From Amoebophrya sp. A120 (taxonomy: Eukaryota > Protista > Dinoflagellata), in contig CAJINV010000002.1 in NCBI GenBank assembly GCA_905178155.1, positions 8,203,224-8,267,223 on the forward strand: DNA of 64,000 bases. The letters run 5' to 3'. Numbering within the stretch: the stretch's first letter is position 1; the number at the start of each line of letters is the position of its first letter. The notes beneath the pieces are model-generated. The model had not been told where the DNA came from, searched no databases, and saw only the letters and a list, made by a program, of their open reading frames with translations. Of this stretch, positions 22,467-35,403 are shown one piece after another. Made by a program: the position numbers and the translations under genes.

Positions 22467-25023
22467 ATGGATATTGATGATGCTGTGGGGTGGGAGCACT
22501 ACAAAGACGGAAAGTTCTGGCACCATGCGGTGGCGGGAGCGTCGGCTGGGGTGTGCGAGCACCTCATCATGTACCCCTTTGACACCATCAAGGTACTTTA
22601 GTACTTCGTTTATCTTTATAGAGCTACTTCTAGTCGTTGTCGTATGATATCAGCTTCAACGGCGTGTAAAAGATGACAAAAGAGAACACAAGCTTCCGAT
22701 TCGTGCCCGTGCCTCCTCCCAGAAATGTTTTGTGTTACCGACTGTCCCTGAAAGCTTGTAATTTCATTGTGTGCACAGAAACATTTACGGCACGAGGATG
22801 ATGTACGGAACGCAAGTGTAGTTTCATTCATAATCACAACAGACGAACCTTCAAGCGGAGCGACCAAAGCAATTTTCCTCTCCTTCGGGAGGAGGACCTC
22901 CGGGAGGACCGCCAGGATCATCCTGTGCCGCCGCCTGCCCGACTAAAATAAACCCTGGCACCAGCTCCTGCACATCAGCAACGAAAGCAGGGGCGGCGAC
23001 TTCCAGCAGCGCATCCTCGTCGTGTGCACCAGCAGCGGGGACCTCGTCCGCGTCAACGGCCAGCAGCCGAGTGAACTTCAATGCAACTACTACAGGAGCA
23101 GCAGGTAGTGGCGCAGCAGCGACTGCGCCGTCGTCCACGCTCTCTAGCACCATAACCCGCGGGAACTGCTCGCCCTTCATGACCAGTCTTCAGCAGCGCA
23201 CGGCGACCACAGGAATTATTCCCACCACCGCGGTCGCGAGCTCCAGCACCGCGGGAGGTACAAGAACAGGAGCTGCTCTTGGTGCCAACCCCGGGTCCCG
23301 GTCGGTGTACAGTAACACGTTTGCCGCGTTTCGCGCGATCAAGAATGAGGCCGGCTGGAGCGGCTTCTACCGCGGCGTGTCGGCGATGGCGCTGGGCTGC
23401 GTACCGGCGCACATCGGCTACTTCTGCGCCTACGAGACAGTCAAGGGCTTTGGGAGGAGTAGCAACAGTTCTAGGGACCAGACGAACAACGCAAGGAATT
23501 ACAGCAGCGCGGATAAAGATAACCCGGGTGGACATAAAGACCAACATCTTCCAAACGGCCAGAACAATAGTGCAAGTTCCTCTTCCCCCTACTCCCCCAC
23601 CGCATTTTTGGCCAGTAACCCCTGGCTGATTGGCATGGGCGCGGGCTGCGCCGCGAGCTTCGCGCACGATCTGATCCTAACCCCGCTCGACGTCGCGAAG
23701 CAGCGGATGCAGCTGCGGGCGGGGAGCCACACCCGGTCCTGCGCGGAGTGCGTGAAGCACGTCGTGAAGACCGAGGGCTATCTGGCGCTGTATCGGTCTT
23801 TCCCTGTCACGCTGTTCAGCAACGTCCCTTTTTCCGCCATTCTCGTAGGGTGCAACGAGCAGCTGAAGGAGCAGTTCGACGTGAACACCACCTGCCAGAT
23901 ATCACAAGGAAAAATCCCCCCTCCCCATATCAAACGGAAGTTTCTGATGCTGGATTTGCGTATACAAATCAGGTTTGTCTTGCAGTAGAGGACTGCAGGC
24001 CCCTGCCAAGCCTGAGTAGAGAGGTTTTGGCCTAGGCGCTTAGCATGAGAAACGTCTATGCTGTAGGCCCCACAGCATCACAAACCGCCTGCATAATGCG
24101 GCAGAGCCTGCGGAGTTGTCTTCTTGCAAGACAGACGTGATTTGTGGTGTCAAATCAGCAAGACAAATTTTCGGAAACATACCTTTTCGATATGGGGAGC
24201 GGGGATCTTTCCTCTCAATACCAGACGTGGGACGAGATGCAAACCAAACTGCCCATGTACTTTACGCTCGCCGGCGTCAGCAGCGGCGTGGCCGCCGTGT
24301 GCACCCAGCCCCTGGACGTGATAAAAACCAGGATCCAAACGCAAACCTGCCTGTTGAACAAAACCTCGGTAAGGTACCACGGCATCATCGACGCGGCGCG
24401 GACCATCTACGCGGAAGAGGGACTCAGGGCGTTCTTCAGGGTACAGTGTTACTTGCCTGCTTAAATACTACTTACACGATTTGAAAGCGTAGGAGTTCTG
24501 TTTAGCGTCGTCAGCACTTGACGTTTTCCTTGCGCATTTCTATGTGTCGTGTGTGCGTATTTGCAAGATAAAAGCGTATGAATAGTATATCGAAATAAAG
24601 ATAAAATCCTATTCTGAATTGTGAATGACAATGATTTGAAGATGTTTCTGAACCAAAACAGGGCTCCGCCGCTCGGGCGCTGGTCGTGATTCCCAGCTGC
24701 GCGATTTCATGGGCGAGTTACGAAACCATCAAGAGTTTTCTATCAAATATAAAAATGTCTGGGTCTGGAAGATTGCAACTTGTGATGCTGCGTCTGCATT
24801 ATGCAAAAATCTGTATTGCATGAACAGCAAAAGAGGTCTTTGGCCCCGGCGAGAGGGCATTTCTCATGCGGTATAGGCATCAGAAAGCCCTCACAAGATC
24901 TGTGATGCTAGGGCATGCATCGCAGACATCAGGAGTCATGCAAAATGTGCATGACAAACCTTGCATCCTTCCAGACCCAGACATTTTTACATTTGATACT
25001 TTCTCGTCCGCAACGACTTCTAA
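22467..25023 (+). CDS. Mitochondrial carrier, mitoferrin (Mrs3/4-like)
   Basis: Motifs: AGASAGVCEHLIMYPFDTIK, GCVPAHIGYF, AHDLILTPLDVAKQRMQL, QPLDVIKTRIQTQ, IPSCAISWASYE. Exons 22467-22592, 22843-23899, 24226-24440, 24662-24740, 25004-25023 (2 GT-AG introns and 2 TIR elements). Confidence 0.9.
23900..24220. mobile_element. Introner-like TIR element, family E
   Basis: TIR tatcacaaggaaaaatcccccctccccatatc / gatatggggagcggggatctttcctctcaata. TSD CCAGA. Removal gives TTCQTWDE. Confidence 0.92.
24741..24998. mobile_element. Introner-like TIR element, family A
   Basis: TIR tatcaaatataaaaatgtctgggtctggaag / cttccagacccagacatttttacatttgata. TSD TTTTC/CTTTC. Removal gives IKSFLVRNDF*. Confidence 0.93.
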
Positions 25024-27133
25024 CACGAAAGTAGCCGCTTGTTGCAGCAGCAGCTCCTGCCGGGCAGTTCTTCTTCGCATCTTGTTCTTCGCTCAGACCA
25101 TTTAATGCTCTTGTACTGCTAGCCGGTAGTACCCCCAGGCCCAATTCTTCTGCGGGCAATATTGTTCCTCTCGTTCTCTACAGCGCCGTTCACGACTTGG
25201 GACGGTAGTGGGTACCAGTAGGCTATTCACAATCTTCACGCCGATTGCGCACATAATTGAGAGTAAACCACACGGCACGAAGATGAAGCACAGCGACAAG
25301 AGGAAATCTACAAAAGAAGACTTCTATCCAGCCCTGTTCTTCCTCGACCGGGTCCGCCGGCAATTATATCGGAGATTACCGTATGTCCAAGTGCTGTAAC
25401 CACAAGAATCAGACCCGGCGTTGGCGAAGAGACGATCATCTTGATGTGTGATGAGTTTTTCATGATTGTAAACAAAAGTAGAATTAAGGATAGCGATAAG
25501 GACCACAAGAAGCACTGACATAGAAGACACACAAGTGTAGATGACTGCCGCGGGACCGTCGACTCCATTGACTGACATGACACGTTGACGTTGATGTCTT
25601 ATCGCCACATAGGACATTGCATTGTCATATCGACACGGGCTGCTTTTCCAAGTTTGAACTTCAAATCGACTTTGTTGTTGAGCATTTGAAGACCACGACG
25701 ATGTACTATAGATAGCATACTAAAGAGGCGAGTCCACTTTTCCCTGCTTCATTTGGAGGAACTATTTACTTTCGGGATTCCGGTTGTAAGAAGAACCAGA
25801 ACGCGAACACTTCATTCTCGGAGTTTGCACTGCACACTCACTTGTTGTGGCAAATTCTCTTGATCATGATACCCGGAAGTCAGAGTCAACATCATCTTTC
25901 AGCAAGAACTCTATACAGATACATTACGCAGCAACAGCATCAGAATTAGAAGTTACGTAAATTACAGCAGCTAAAAAGAGGAAAGAGCTTTAGCAGTGAA
26001 TCAGCAGCAACAGCAACAGCAGCAGATACTATCAGCATACCAGTGCGACGCGAAGACTACAAGAGCGACCGTAGTGGCGTGTAGCTCATCTTGTCGCTAG
26101 GATTAAGTCAGTTTGGAAATACCAGTACGGTTTTCCATTCGGATAGCTTCATGGTCCAGTTGTAAGAGGACAATTTGAAGAACCCCAGCCATCTAGGGTG
26201 TATCAGCGAGCGACTTCATTGTAGCGATCGAAGATTTATTCATTTTCAGCATAATGCCCCCGTTGACGACGTCCCATGCAATTTATTACGCGCGCAGAAT
26301 GCCATGGGACGAAGACGAACATCACGAACGTTTTAAACTACACCAATGCAAATAAGAAACAAAGATGCAATTGTTATTGTCGAAAACGAGAGGCAAAGGG
26401 CGGCAACTGAGTGATACGTTGCCCGCTTTTGCGAAGCGATAGCGAACTTCAGGCAGATTTCGTGTTGTTCGGATGGCATGAATATTATATTGATTAGGAT
26501 TTGATAAGAGTCCTGCAAGTAGTATGTGCAGGACGTGAGCGATGAACAAGTTCAAGTTTTTATGTGCAGATGTCGGTCTCCTGATCGTACTTATTCTATA
26601 GCTCCGTGGGTGGGAGGAGCCAGTTGGAGTATTTGATATCCCGGCTCAACCAGCCCCCGTGTGCGGTTTCGCATGCCCCCAAACGTACTTTAGATGAATG
26701 TGTTAAATTGCAGAGATTCTCAGCTGTTTTCACCGTCAGCGCTGTTGGATCTGTCCCCTCAATCAATGCAGCTGCACCACATAGCAAATTTCTCCCTTCG
26801 CAAGCCCCCAAGAAGTCAAGTAGTCGCACTACCATGATATCTCTTTCTCAGTCGTCATCTTCGCACGCGATGGTCTGTTTTTCCGTTGCAACAGCCATGA
26901 CGCGGTTACTTATCCTTACGCGCACTTGATTCTTGAAGTCAAGATAAAAAAGTTGTCTCGTGTTTGCCAAAAAATGAAAGCATTTCTTTGATTGATATCA
27001 GAGCTAAAAGCTGCGTTGTAGCTGCACTCATATTTATCTTTCTTGCGTGATGAACTCTTTTTTTTTCGGAACAGCATGATGTATATAATACCTTTGGATT
27101 ATACGTAATAGATCTTCGTTCTTGTCTCTCAAG

Positions 27134-30100
27134 ATGTTCCACCAGCCCGGCGCCCCACACTATGCGTCTTCGCCCCCCTTGGCGATCGAGCGTCTGTCCG
27201 GAAACCCGATTTTGGTTCGCTGCGCTCCACCGACGACCGCAGCTGTGCCAGAAGCAACCGCAAGTATCAATCCGTCCCAAAATGCCGACGCTGCCTACGA
27301 GTGTTTGAGTCCGGTGGAGCACCGGGTGAGGGCGGAGGAAGCGGCGGCAGACACGACCATTTCGGCGTCGCACCTGCAGAACCTGCAATCCATTACGCAG
27401 GAAAATTTCAGCAACTTCACGTTCGAGCCTGAGCAGCGGTTTCTGCCCAGTACTAGTTTTGGAACTACGGGAGGTTTTGAAAATTATGGTAGTGCCGACA
27501 ACTACTATGAAGGGCAGCTGGCGAACAACACCGTTTTCCTCGAGGAGCCCAACTCGTCCTCCCCGTCGGGTTCTACTTCCCGAACAGGCGTTACCACCAT
27601 CCGCAGATTGCGTCGCCGGCTCCGGGCGTTCCTCGCGAAGCAGGAGGCGTTTCGGCCGGTCCCAGACAAGGTTCTGGTGCTGATCCATGCACCCAAGGGG
27701 TTCGGCGGGGCGGGGAGTGGCCCGGAAGAGGACAGTTACATGGACGACAATTACTACCCGGAGGACGAGAACAACTTCAACGAGGACGACTTCGACGAGG
27801 ACATGCCCGATGCCTGCGATTCCAACGACCTTTCGCGCGAACAGTCCTCGCGCGCGGTCGACTTCCGAGCGATGTTTGGCCTCGGCGGAGAACAAGAAGA
27901 CCCGGCGGCTATTAACAACAAAAATGGCGCAGCAAGTGCAGGTCAAAAGCAAAACCAAAGCCACCGCGGGGGTGGTTCTACGTTTGTCTACGATCCGACG
28001 CCCCTGGGTTTCGACAACCAGACGACCAATGCGCGAGCAGTCGGAGCAGGACACGTGCATGGACAACCACCAATGAACCGAGTTCCACACCATAATCGGG
28101 GACCACAGCACCAAATACCCCCTTCGCAGCCCGGTCTTGGCCAGCCGCCGCAGTTACGGATGCGGGTTATTCCAAGGCAATACCACCAAGAGGTCTTTGC
28201 GAAAACGGCTATTTTGCTGGAGAACACGCAGCATATCGAGATCAACGTCATCAATAAAAAGTTTCTGTTTCCCAATTCCTTCGACCTTGTTTACGACACC
28301 AAGGAAGATGTTGTGTGGCTCACGGAAGAACAGGACGGGGACAGTTCACATCAGGACGACGCGCAGAATAAAGTTGATGATCGTGATCCTCAGGACCAGA
28401 CGGGCGAAGGTGCAGCTGTTGCCGAAGGCAAAGCAATAAATCCAGAACCTATCAAGGAACTTCCCATCCACGAGCTGCAGCTGGTTCTCCGGTCTTTTCC
28501 GGATCTGCACGTAAGAAAAATCTATCAAATGTAAAAATGTCTGGGTCTGGAAGAATCCAACTTGTCATGCTGATTTTGGATTGTAAAAAAATCTGTATTG
28601 CTTGAGCAGCAAAGAGAGTCCAAGTCTTGCTACAAGGAAAGAGCATTTGTCATGCGGTATAGGCATCAGGAAGCCCTCACAAAATCTGTGATGCTAGGGC
28701 ATGCATCACAGACATCAGGAGCCACGCAAAATGTGCATGACAAACCTGGCAATCTTCCAGACCCAGACATTTTTACATTTGATAAAATGGTCGAGCAGAT
28801 GAAGGACGTGATCGATATTGGTGGCAGACTGCAGTTACCAAGTGCAAATATGTCTGGGTCTGGAAAAATTGGAATCTGTATTGCCTGTCTTGCACTCCTA
28901 TAAAATCTGTATTGCGTGACCGACAAAAGCGCGAATTCTTCGTCATGCAAAAACGCTGTTTCTCATGCGCATTACACATGAGGAAGCGTCCTGATTTTTT
29001 GTCATGCTTGGCTGCTCCCAGGAGTATGCTCAGTCATCGCCACTTAGCATCACAAGTTTCCATACCCAAACATATTTGCATTTGATAGCAGTTGATCCGG
29101 CGAAAGTCGCATTCTGTCGCCGACTGGGAGTCGGCCATTTACCAAGCCAGCTTGGAGGAGTTGAACAGTGGTGAGTGGGTGATGCAAAATTTGGCGCACC
29201 TCGTTTCCCCCTCCTCTACCTCCGGGATGCTGGATAATTCTAGCGGTGCTGGTAAGGAAGTCGAACAGGAGCCAGACCGCGAGCGTAGCAGCGACGCTGC
29301 GCAGCCTTTCACGGACGCGCGGATCGTCCGTCTGGAGCAGAACAAGTCGGACGATCAGCACGGGCGGTTTCTGTCCTGCAACCCGAACCCGAAGTACCTG
29401 AATATGGCGTTCTCAACTGTTACATTCTCAACTGTTACATGAATTTGTGATGCAAGAAGAGCGAAAGTAAAAGGGCGGACCTTGCAACTCTAGCATCACA
29501 AGTTTTGCACAGATTTCCATCCTGTTTAGCCCTTCGGAGATTTGTCATGCGCAGCCGCTTGGTCGTGTGGTTGCTTATGGCAATTTTGCATGACAAATCA
29601 TGTAACAGTTGAGAATGTAACATTTGAGAACGCCATACTGAAGGGGCATTTTCCGAGCAATAAATCCGCGCTGCAGAACCACCCGATCTACAACGCAAAC
29701 ATGAACGCGACCTACATCAAGTCTCTGCAGGACCAGCAGAACAACAAGGAGCCGTCCTTGCTGATGGTGTTGCTGGACCTGATTTTCCGGTTGTACCAAA
29801 AGTACCACGCCGAGCCCATCACGGAGGAGTGGCGCGTGGCGCTGGACCGCCACATTGTGGAGTGCCAGTGCGTGATTCTGCTGTTGCTCGACACGCCCAT
29901 GTTTAAGGACCTGGGTTGTAATACCTCAAACAACCGAAACGGCGGGGCGGGAACAGCAACAGGGTCGTCGAACAACCAGAGGCCGGCCGCTCCGAAGACC
30001 GAGTCGCCACTGCACGAGCTCTTGCGTATGTACTACCTTTTCTCCCGGAGTACGAGCAACTTCCCCGGGTCTGAAAAGTACCGGAGTTTGCGGTATTTCG

Positions 30101-32607
30101 TGCCCCTGGCTGTGCGCGGCTCGCCGAGCAAGCCGCCGGAGCACGACCCGGCCGTCAGGCACTTGATTTTTCCCGGCCAGCCGCGCAATCAGGGACCGCG
30201 CGGCGCGCAGCCTGCTCCTACCCCGATGGAGCAGATCGGACTGCGGCTTGGGCTCCCCGGGTTGACCGCCGCGGCGGACGATGCAGGACAGGTGCAGGGA
30301 CCGGACGAATTATTTCCACGAGGGCTAGTACCCGAGGTCGAGGATGTTTCCTCTTCAAGTAGCGAAGAGCCGAACACAGCGGAACTGGTCGACCCGGAGC
30401 AGCGATACCTGAAATTTCACGAGAGGGTGGAGAGAAAGCAAACTAACTGGATTTTCGCCGCGTTTCAAGGAATTCTGCAGAACCCGGAGTGCAACGCGGT
30501 CGAGATGGTGAACCGCTTCGGGCAGACGCCGCTCTACATCGCGTACGAGATTTTCTGGGACGAGCACGCGAGCCTCGCGAACTCCGCTGCCCACGGCGCG
30601 GGTGGCATGGCAATGACCCCTTCAGGTATAGGAGCTGGCGCATCTTCAAATTACTCCCTCTACGCCATCGATGACTACGATAGGTACTTTTTCGCGGGAA
30701 TAACTTCCAGCGGCTCGCCGGATTCTAATCGTCACACAACATCTTCCACTTCTCAGCCGCGCGCGGCCGGAGAGGACCATGAAACTGTTGGTGATCCTTC
30801 TGCTACATTGGAAAATAACAGTGGGGCGATTTTTGACACACACGTCAACATCGAGATGTTTTACCAGATGTGGTTGAGACTGGTCGAAGATGTGGACTTT
30901 TTCAAGAAGCACCCTATGTCCACCTTTACCCGCACCCGCAGCTGCGACGCCGACAACCCGCGGAAGAAAATCCGCACCGGCGCCGACATGTTCCGCGCAC
31001 TGGTGCGGGACGGACGCGTGAAGTTTTTCGAGAAGGCTACGTTCCAGCTGATGGAGGTGCTGTACTGCCAGCTGGCCAATTCGCTGGAGCAACGCGACTG
31101 GTTGCGCTTGTTCAACGACTTGGTGATGACGCACGCGGCGACGGAGGAGATGCTGTACAGTGTCATGTCCTTGCCGGACTCCGATCGCGGAAACAACACT
31201 CTGCTCCAACTCCTCCTCCTCTCCCTCTCCGTCGAGTCCTTTACACCGCACGCGTGGCAGTCCAACACGTTGGCCGTCGACTACGGGAAGAACGTCGCCG
31301 TGTTTCGGACCAACAAGTACAAGGAAACGAATAAGGGAAAAAGTGTCGCTGAGATGGCGAAAACACCAGCACAGACGTCGTGGGCGATGAAAAGTACAGA
31401 TGGTACAGGGATCATAAGTAACGGAGGAGATGCAAATACCTCTGCCGTTGAAAGAACTGAAGACGAGCAGCTTGCGTTTACGGAGGCTGTCGTGTCGGAC
31501 GACGATTTTGCGCTACTGCTCCGTCGAAAGTACATTATTCAGAAAGACGAGGAACAGAGCATCGGCTTCTTCACCCGCGAGTCCGCGATTTCCTTCCTGG
31601 AGCAGCACCGAATGCTGCCGGAGACGCAGCGCTCCCTTTTGGACGACCACGACGGAGTATCGCTTTGCGAGTTGAAGGCGCGACTGTTGCTGGCTTTGTT
31701 TGACAGTCGGCCATTTGCAGCTGCAACTTGTGATGGAAATAACGAGTTTATTTCATCTGCAGCTTTCACATCCTCCACTACGGGACTTTCTAGTACTATC
31801 GTCGACAAAATCCATGTGGCTCGGAAGAACCGAGGAAAAACGGCGGAGTTATCTTCCTCGACTGGTGCAGCTGCAGCTTCTGATGCAGCCACACGGCGAC
31901 ACTCTTCCTCAAGGATCTTCGTTCGCTTGGGGTTCAGGCCGCAGGAATCGGCCGCCAACCCCGTTCTGTTCCCGTTGTGTGCGAAGGACGACGCGGCGGA
32001 GCTGCAGACCATTCTGGACATGGAAGCCGCGGCGCAGGAGAACGGTGAAAATTCGCCGACCAATTATACCGGCCACCAAAACTACCACGGTGCTGGCAAC
32101 AAGAACCCGGGAAAGCCGAAAGGCAAAGCCGTCAGCCAGGTGTTGGTGTCCCGCACTGCACTGCTTCTACGGCACAGGCTGTTGCCGGTCCTGGTGTGGA
32201 CGCTGAGGTCCGGCACAGCGAAGAAGAGCGACCATGCGGGTGGAAAGAACCAACTAGAACCACGACCAGGAGGAGGGTCTGAGGACGTGGAGATGATGGG
32301 TGGAAGTGCAACGGATGGGAATTACAAGGGGAGCGATGACGGTGGCTGCAGAAATATTTTCTGTTCGCCATCCGCGTCCGCCCCAATTGCACACCGGAAC
32401 GCGCGGGGGGAGAACTTGTTGCACTGTCTGTTGCAGCCGAAAAACTTCACGTTCCTGCATTACATGGTTTTGGACCGACATCTAGGGCACGCATTTTTGT
32501 CGTTGTTGTTTACAAAAACGCCAACCAGTTTGTGGTTCACACAGAACACGCAGGGAATTACGCCGTTTGCAATGTTGCTGCAATTTGTCGAGGAACAATT
32601 CTTGTGA
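27134..32607 (+). CDS. Large hypothetical protein (about 1569 aa) with ankyrin-like motifs, split by three TIR elements
   Basis: Exons 27134-28522, 28790-28835, 29093-29402 and 29643-32607 total 4710 nt in frame. Motifs: NRFGQTPLYIA, NARGENLLHCL, NTQGITPFAML. Confidence 0.8.
28523..28784. mobile_element. Introner-like TIR element, family A
   Basis: TIR tatcaaatgtaaaaatgtctgggtctggaaga and its exact inverse. TSD AAATC/AAATG. Interior similar to 24741-24998. Confidence 0.95.
28836..29087. mobile_element. Introner-like TIR element, family A variant
   Basis: TIR taccaagtgcaaatatgtctgggtctggaaa / tttccatacccaaacatatttgcatttgata. TSD GCAGT. Removal gives RLQLIRRK. Confidence 0.92.
29403..29637. 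mobile_element. Introner-like TIR element, family B (235 bp)
   Basis: TIR tatggcgttctcaactgttacattctcaactgttacatga / tcatgtaacagttgagaatgtaacatttgagaacgccata. TSD CTGAA. Removal gives KYLKGHFP. Confidence 0.96.
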
Positions 32608-35403
32608 AGATTTTGGGATGTTGTCGGGAAGATTAAAAGACAAAAAGGCTCTGCTGCTGAAAGAGAGCTAGTACTGTGTCAAGTATGATTGATTCTCTTA
32701 CTTTAGAAGTGCCTCCATATTATTGATAGACAGGGAAACGCGTTTATAGTTGTAGCCTCGAATCGCGATGAAGACATTCTTCTTGATCCTGAAAGTTTGT
32801 GGAAGTGTGAAGTAAAAAGAAGTATGTGATATTCTGTTTGAAGCTTCAAAGAGATCGCGAACAGGATCTACTTACACCAGCTGCACCGAAGGAAAATTTT
32901 CGCTGCTCCTGACCGCCACACCATAGATACGTGTAGGACATCGGGACGCACTGATGAAACGCGTTTGGATACTATGCGCACTTCTGTTCGATATCTAGCT
33001 CTGTGAGTCGTGCCTGCGCGTTTTTCTTTTGGGAAGACACGTAAAAAGTTTTGAGCTCGTTTTTCCGAATAGCTCGCGCGCCGCGTTCGCCGGGCCAGCG
33101 CCATCCGTTGCGGTCGGCCAACCTACGCACAAGGCCGCCGGCCTACAGGTACAGGCTGCAGCCAGGAGAGGGCCCAGCCCGAGCAAGTCGCGCGCGACGC
33201 GCTTCCCGTGATGATCTGCTTGATGGCGAAGCACGGAGATCCCACGATGCAGAAGCGCCTCGGTTTGTTGGTAAAGGGTGGCCATATCGAGCCGCCTGCT
33301 GGCATTCCGTCACGTATGAGAGTGGGAGCTGTGGCGTCGGCGATAACTTTCACGAGGAAAAGCCGCGCCCCCGCGTGCGCGCTGCACTGGCGCGGCTGCC
33401 ATGCCCGCAACATTGCCGCGCGGCGTCAGCCTATCTGTGGGCTCCCCGGATGGCTTTTGTGCGTAGCCTTGTAGATGCGAGCGTCAGCGCCGGGCCCCGC
33501 GGCGGCAAATTGGCCCGGAAGAGTGTGGCGGCTTCGCCGGCGGGGCGCGTTCCGATCCGGGGGGCTGGCGGGCCAGGTTTACGGCGCCGCCCGCCGCAAG
33601 GCGCCGCGCGCCTTCGCAGTGCATAGCCCTGCCCCGCCCCTGTTGCGCGATCGCCGGGGGGGCAAACACGCTACAAGACCCTGCAGGCCCCCCGTGCACG
33701 CCGCAGCTCTCTCTGCTGCAACAAGGCGGGGGGCTGCCTTTCCAGCCGGGCCCCCCTGGTGGTGCGTGGCGCCGAATGGGGAGGCATGAATGGCGGAGGC
33801 GGAGCCGGCGGGCTGGCCAGATCCATCGTGCGCGCGCCGGTGGAGGGTGGCGAGCAGTCCATAGGGGTTGGGGGCATGTTTTGGGGCGCTTTTTCCGCCC
33901 GCTTGGTCGGTGGTTTGCCGCTCGGCCCCCGGTGAGCGAGGCTGCCGGCCCTCCCGCAGAAGAGCAGCCCCCCCGGCGGCGGCGGCGGCGCAGGGGGCGG
34001 GCGTCGCGAGATCGTGGGGGGGCGGCGCGGGCGGCTGCCTGACGGTGGAAAATAGGCCCCGGCGGGTTTTGCGGCGGCGCCGCCCTGCCTCCCCCTGCGC
34101 CCCGGCGGGGCACGGGCGCCCGGTGGCGCGCGGCCCGGCGCCTTAGTCGTGTGGCCGTAGGTATTTCGCCGGTGTGGAGTGGGTGCGCGCATACTTCAGC
34201 AAGTGGCCCCGCATTCCCCGGCGGCCGGGCCATCCATGGCGCGCAGCTCCTCGCTGCCCAGGACTGCGCAGGCGGCCGCGCCCACATCGATCCTTCCACC
34301 ACATGAAAAGGTGTCCGCGGGCGGCAAGATTCTGGGAGGACAAAGACGCGCGAGAATTTCATCGCGGTGGGCAGCGCAGCAGCCTGCAGCGTCTACCCCC
34401 CCAAAGAGACCAGGGCTGTGTCGGCAGCTGTGCCATGGCCCGGGCTTTGAGCCGCCGGCGCTGATTTCGATCGAGCGACCGAGCCAGCGCCCCCGGCCGG
34501 GGGTGAGTGTGCTTGCGCGCGCCGGCCCCGCGCCCGTTGCCTGTTTATCTAATTGCAGCCTGGCGTGTTGTGTGGGGCGGTGGGGCTCTCTGCCCCGCGG
34601 GGCGGTTTCATACATATATCGCGCGCCTAAAGGCGCCCCACTGCCACCGCCTTTTTTTCATTCGTGCGCCGGCGTTCTCCCAGCGAGCGGCTGCGCACAC
34701 AGCCTGCCTGCGCGCGCTGCTTGATTCGGCGCGCATGCATCTTGCATTATGCAAAGTGGGAAGGGCGGCTGCGGGCAAGGGTGTGCGTGAGTGTGGCGAA
34801 GCTGCCCATTCCACAGTGTGTGCCCTTTCTTTGGTTTCGGCCTGGAGATGTCCAGAATGTATTGCGTTGTGGAGGGGGCGCATTGTTTTCACGCAACCCA
34901 GTGAGATAGACCCAGGCCGTCTAGCTTGGTTGAGCATGTGTATTTTCGCAGCTGGCGGCCTCGTGCATGAGTCTAAATGAAGCGACTCACTCAAATTCTC
35001 CGAGAAGCAAGTATGTTCTTTAGTTTTGTGGCCCTTGAGGATCCAGGGTGTCTTTTCTCTGAGGACCAGTTCGTAATGAGTGGCGAAAGGAGATATGCCC
35101 GCGGCAAAAAGAGCGCGATGCCAACGGCTAGTACAGCATCTACTCTAGAGCAGACTCCAGATTTCCTAGCTTTTTCTTAGTTCAAGGAGAGCAGTCCCCT
35201 ATGTCATGCGTGACAGAGACCACAGATACGTGGAAGTAGTATGCGAATCGCTTCTCGTTTCTTCCTGCAAGCAAAAGCGACAGCGGTGAGGAATGTAAGC
35301 GCCGGATTAGATTTCGAACTAGAAGTATTTTTAAAAACAACTATTAGCAAGTCGACTATGTGCTCAATTTGAAAACAATAAAACGTAGAGCAGCAGACAC
35401 ACA

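Noticed and set aside
26939-28114. Long minus-strand ORFs (also 37191-39250, 41290-41964)
   Set aside because: They are antisense shadows of GC3-rich + strand genes.
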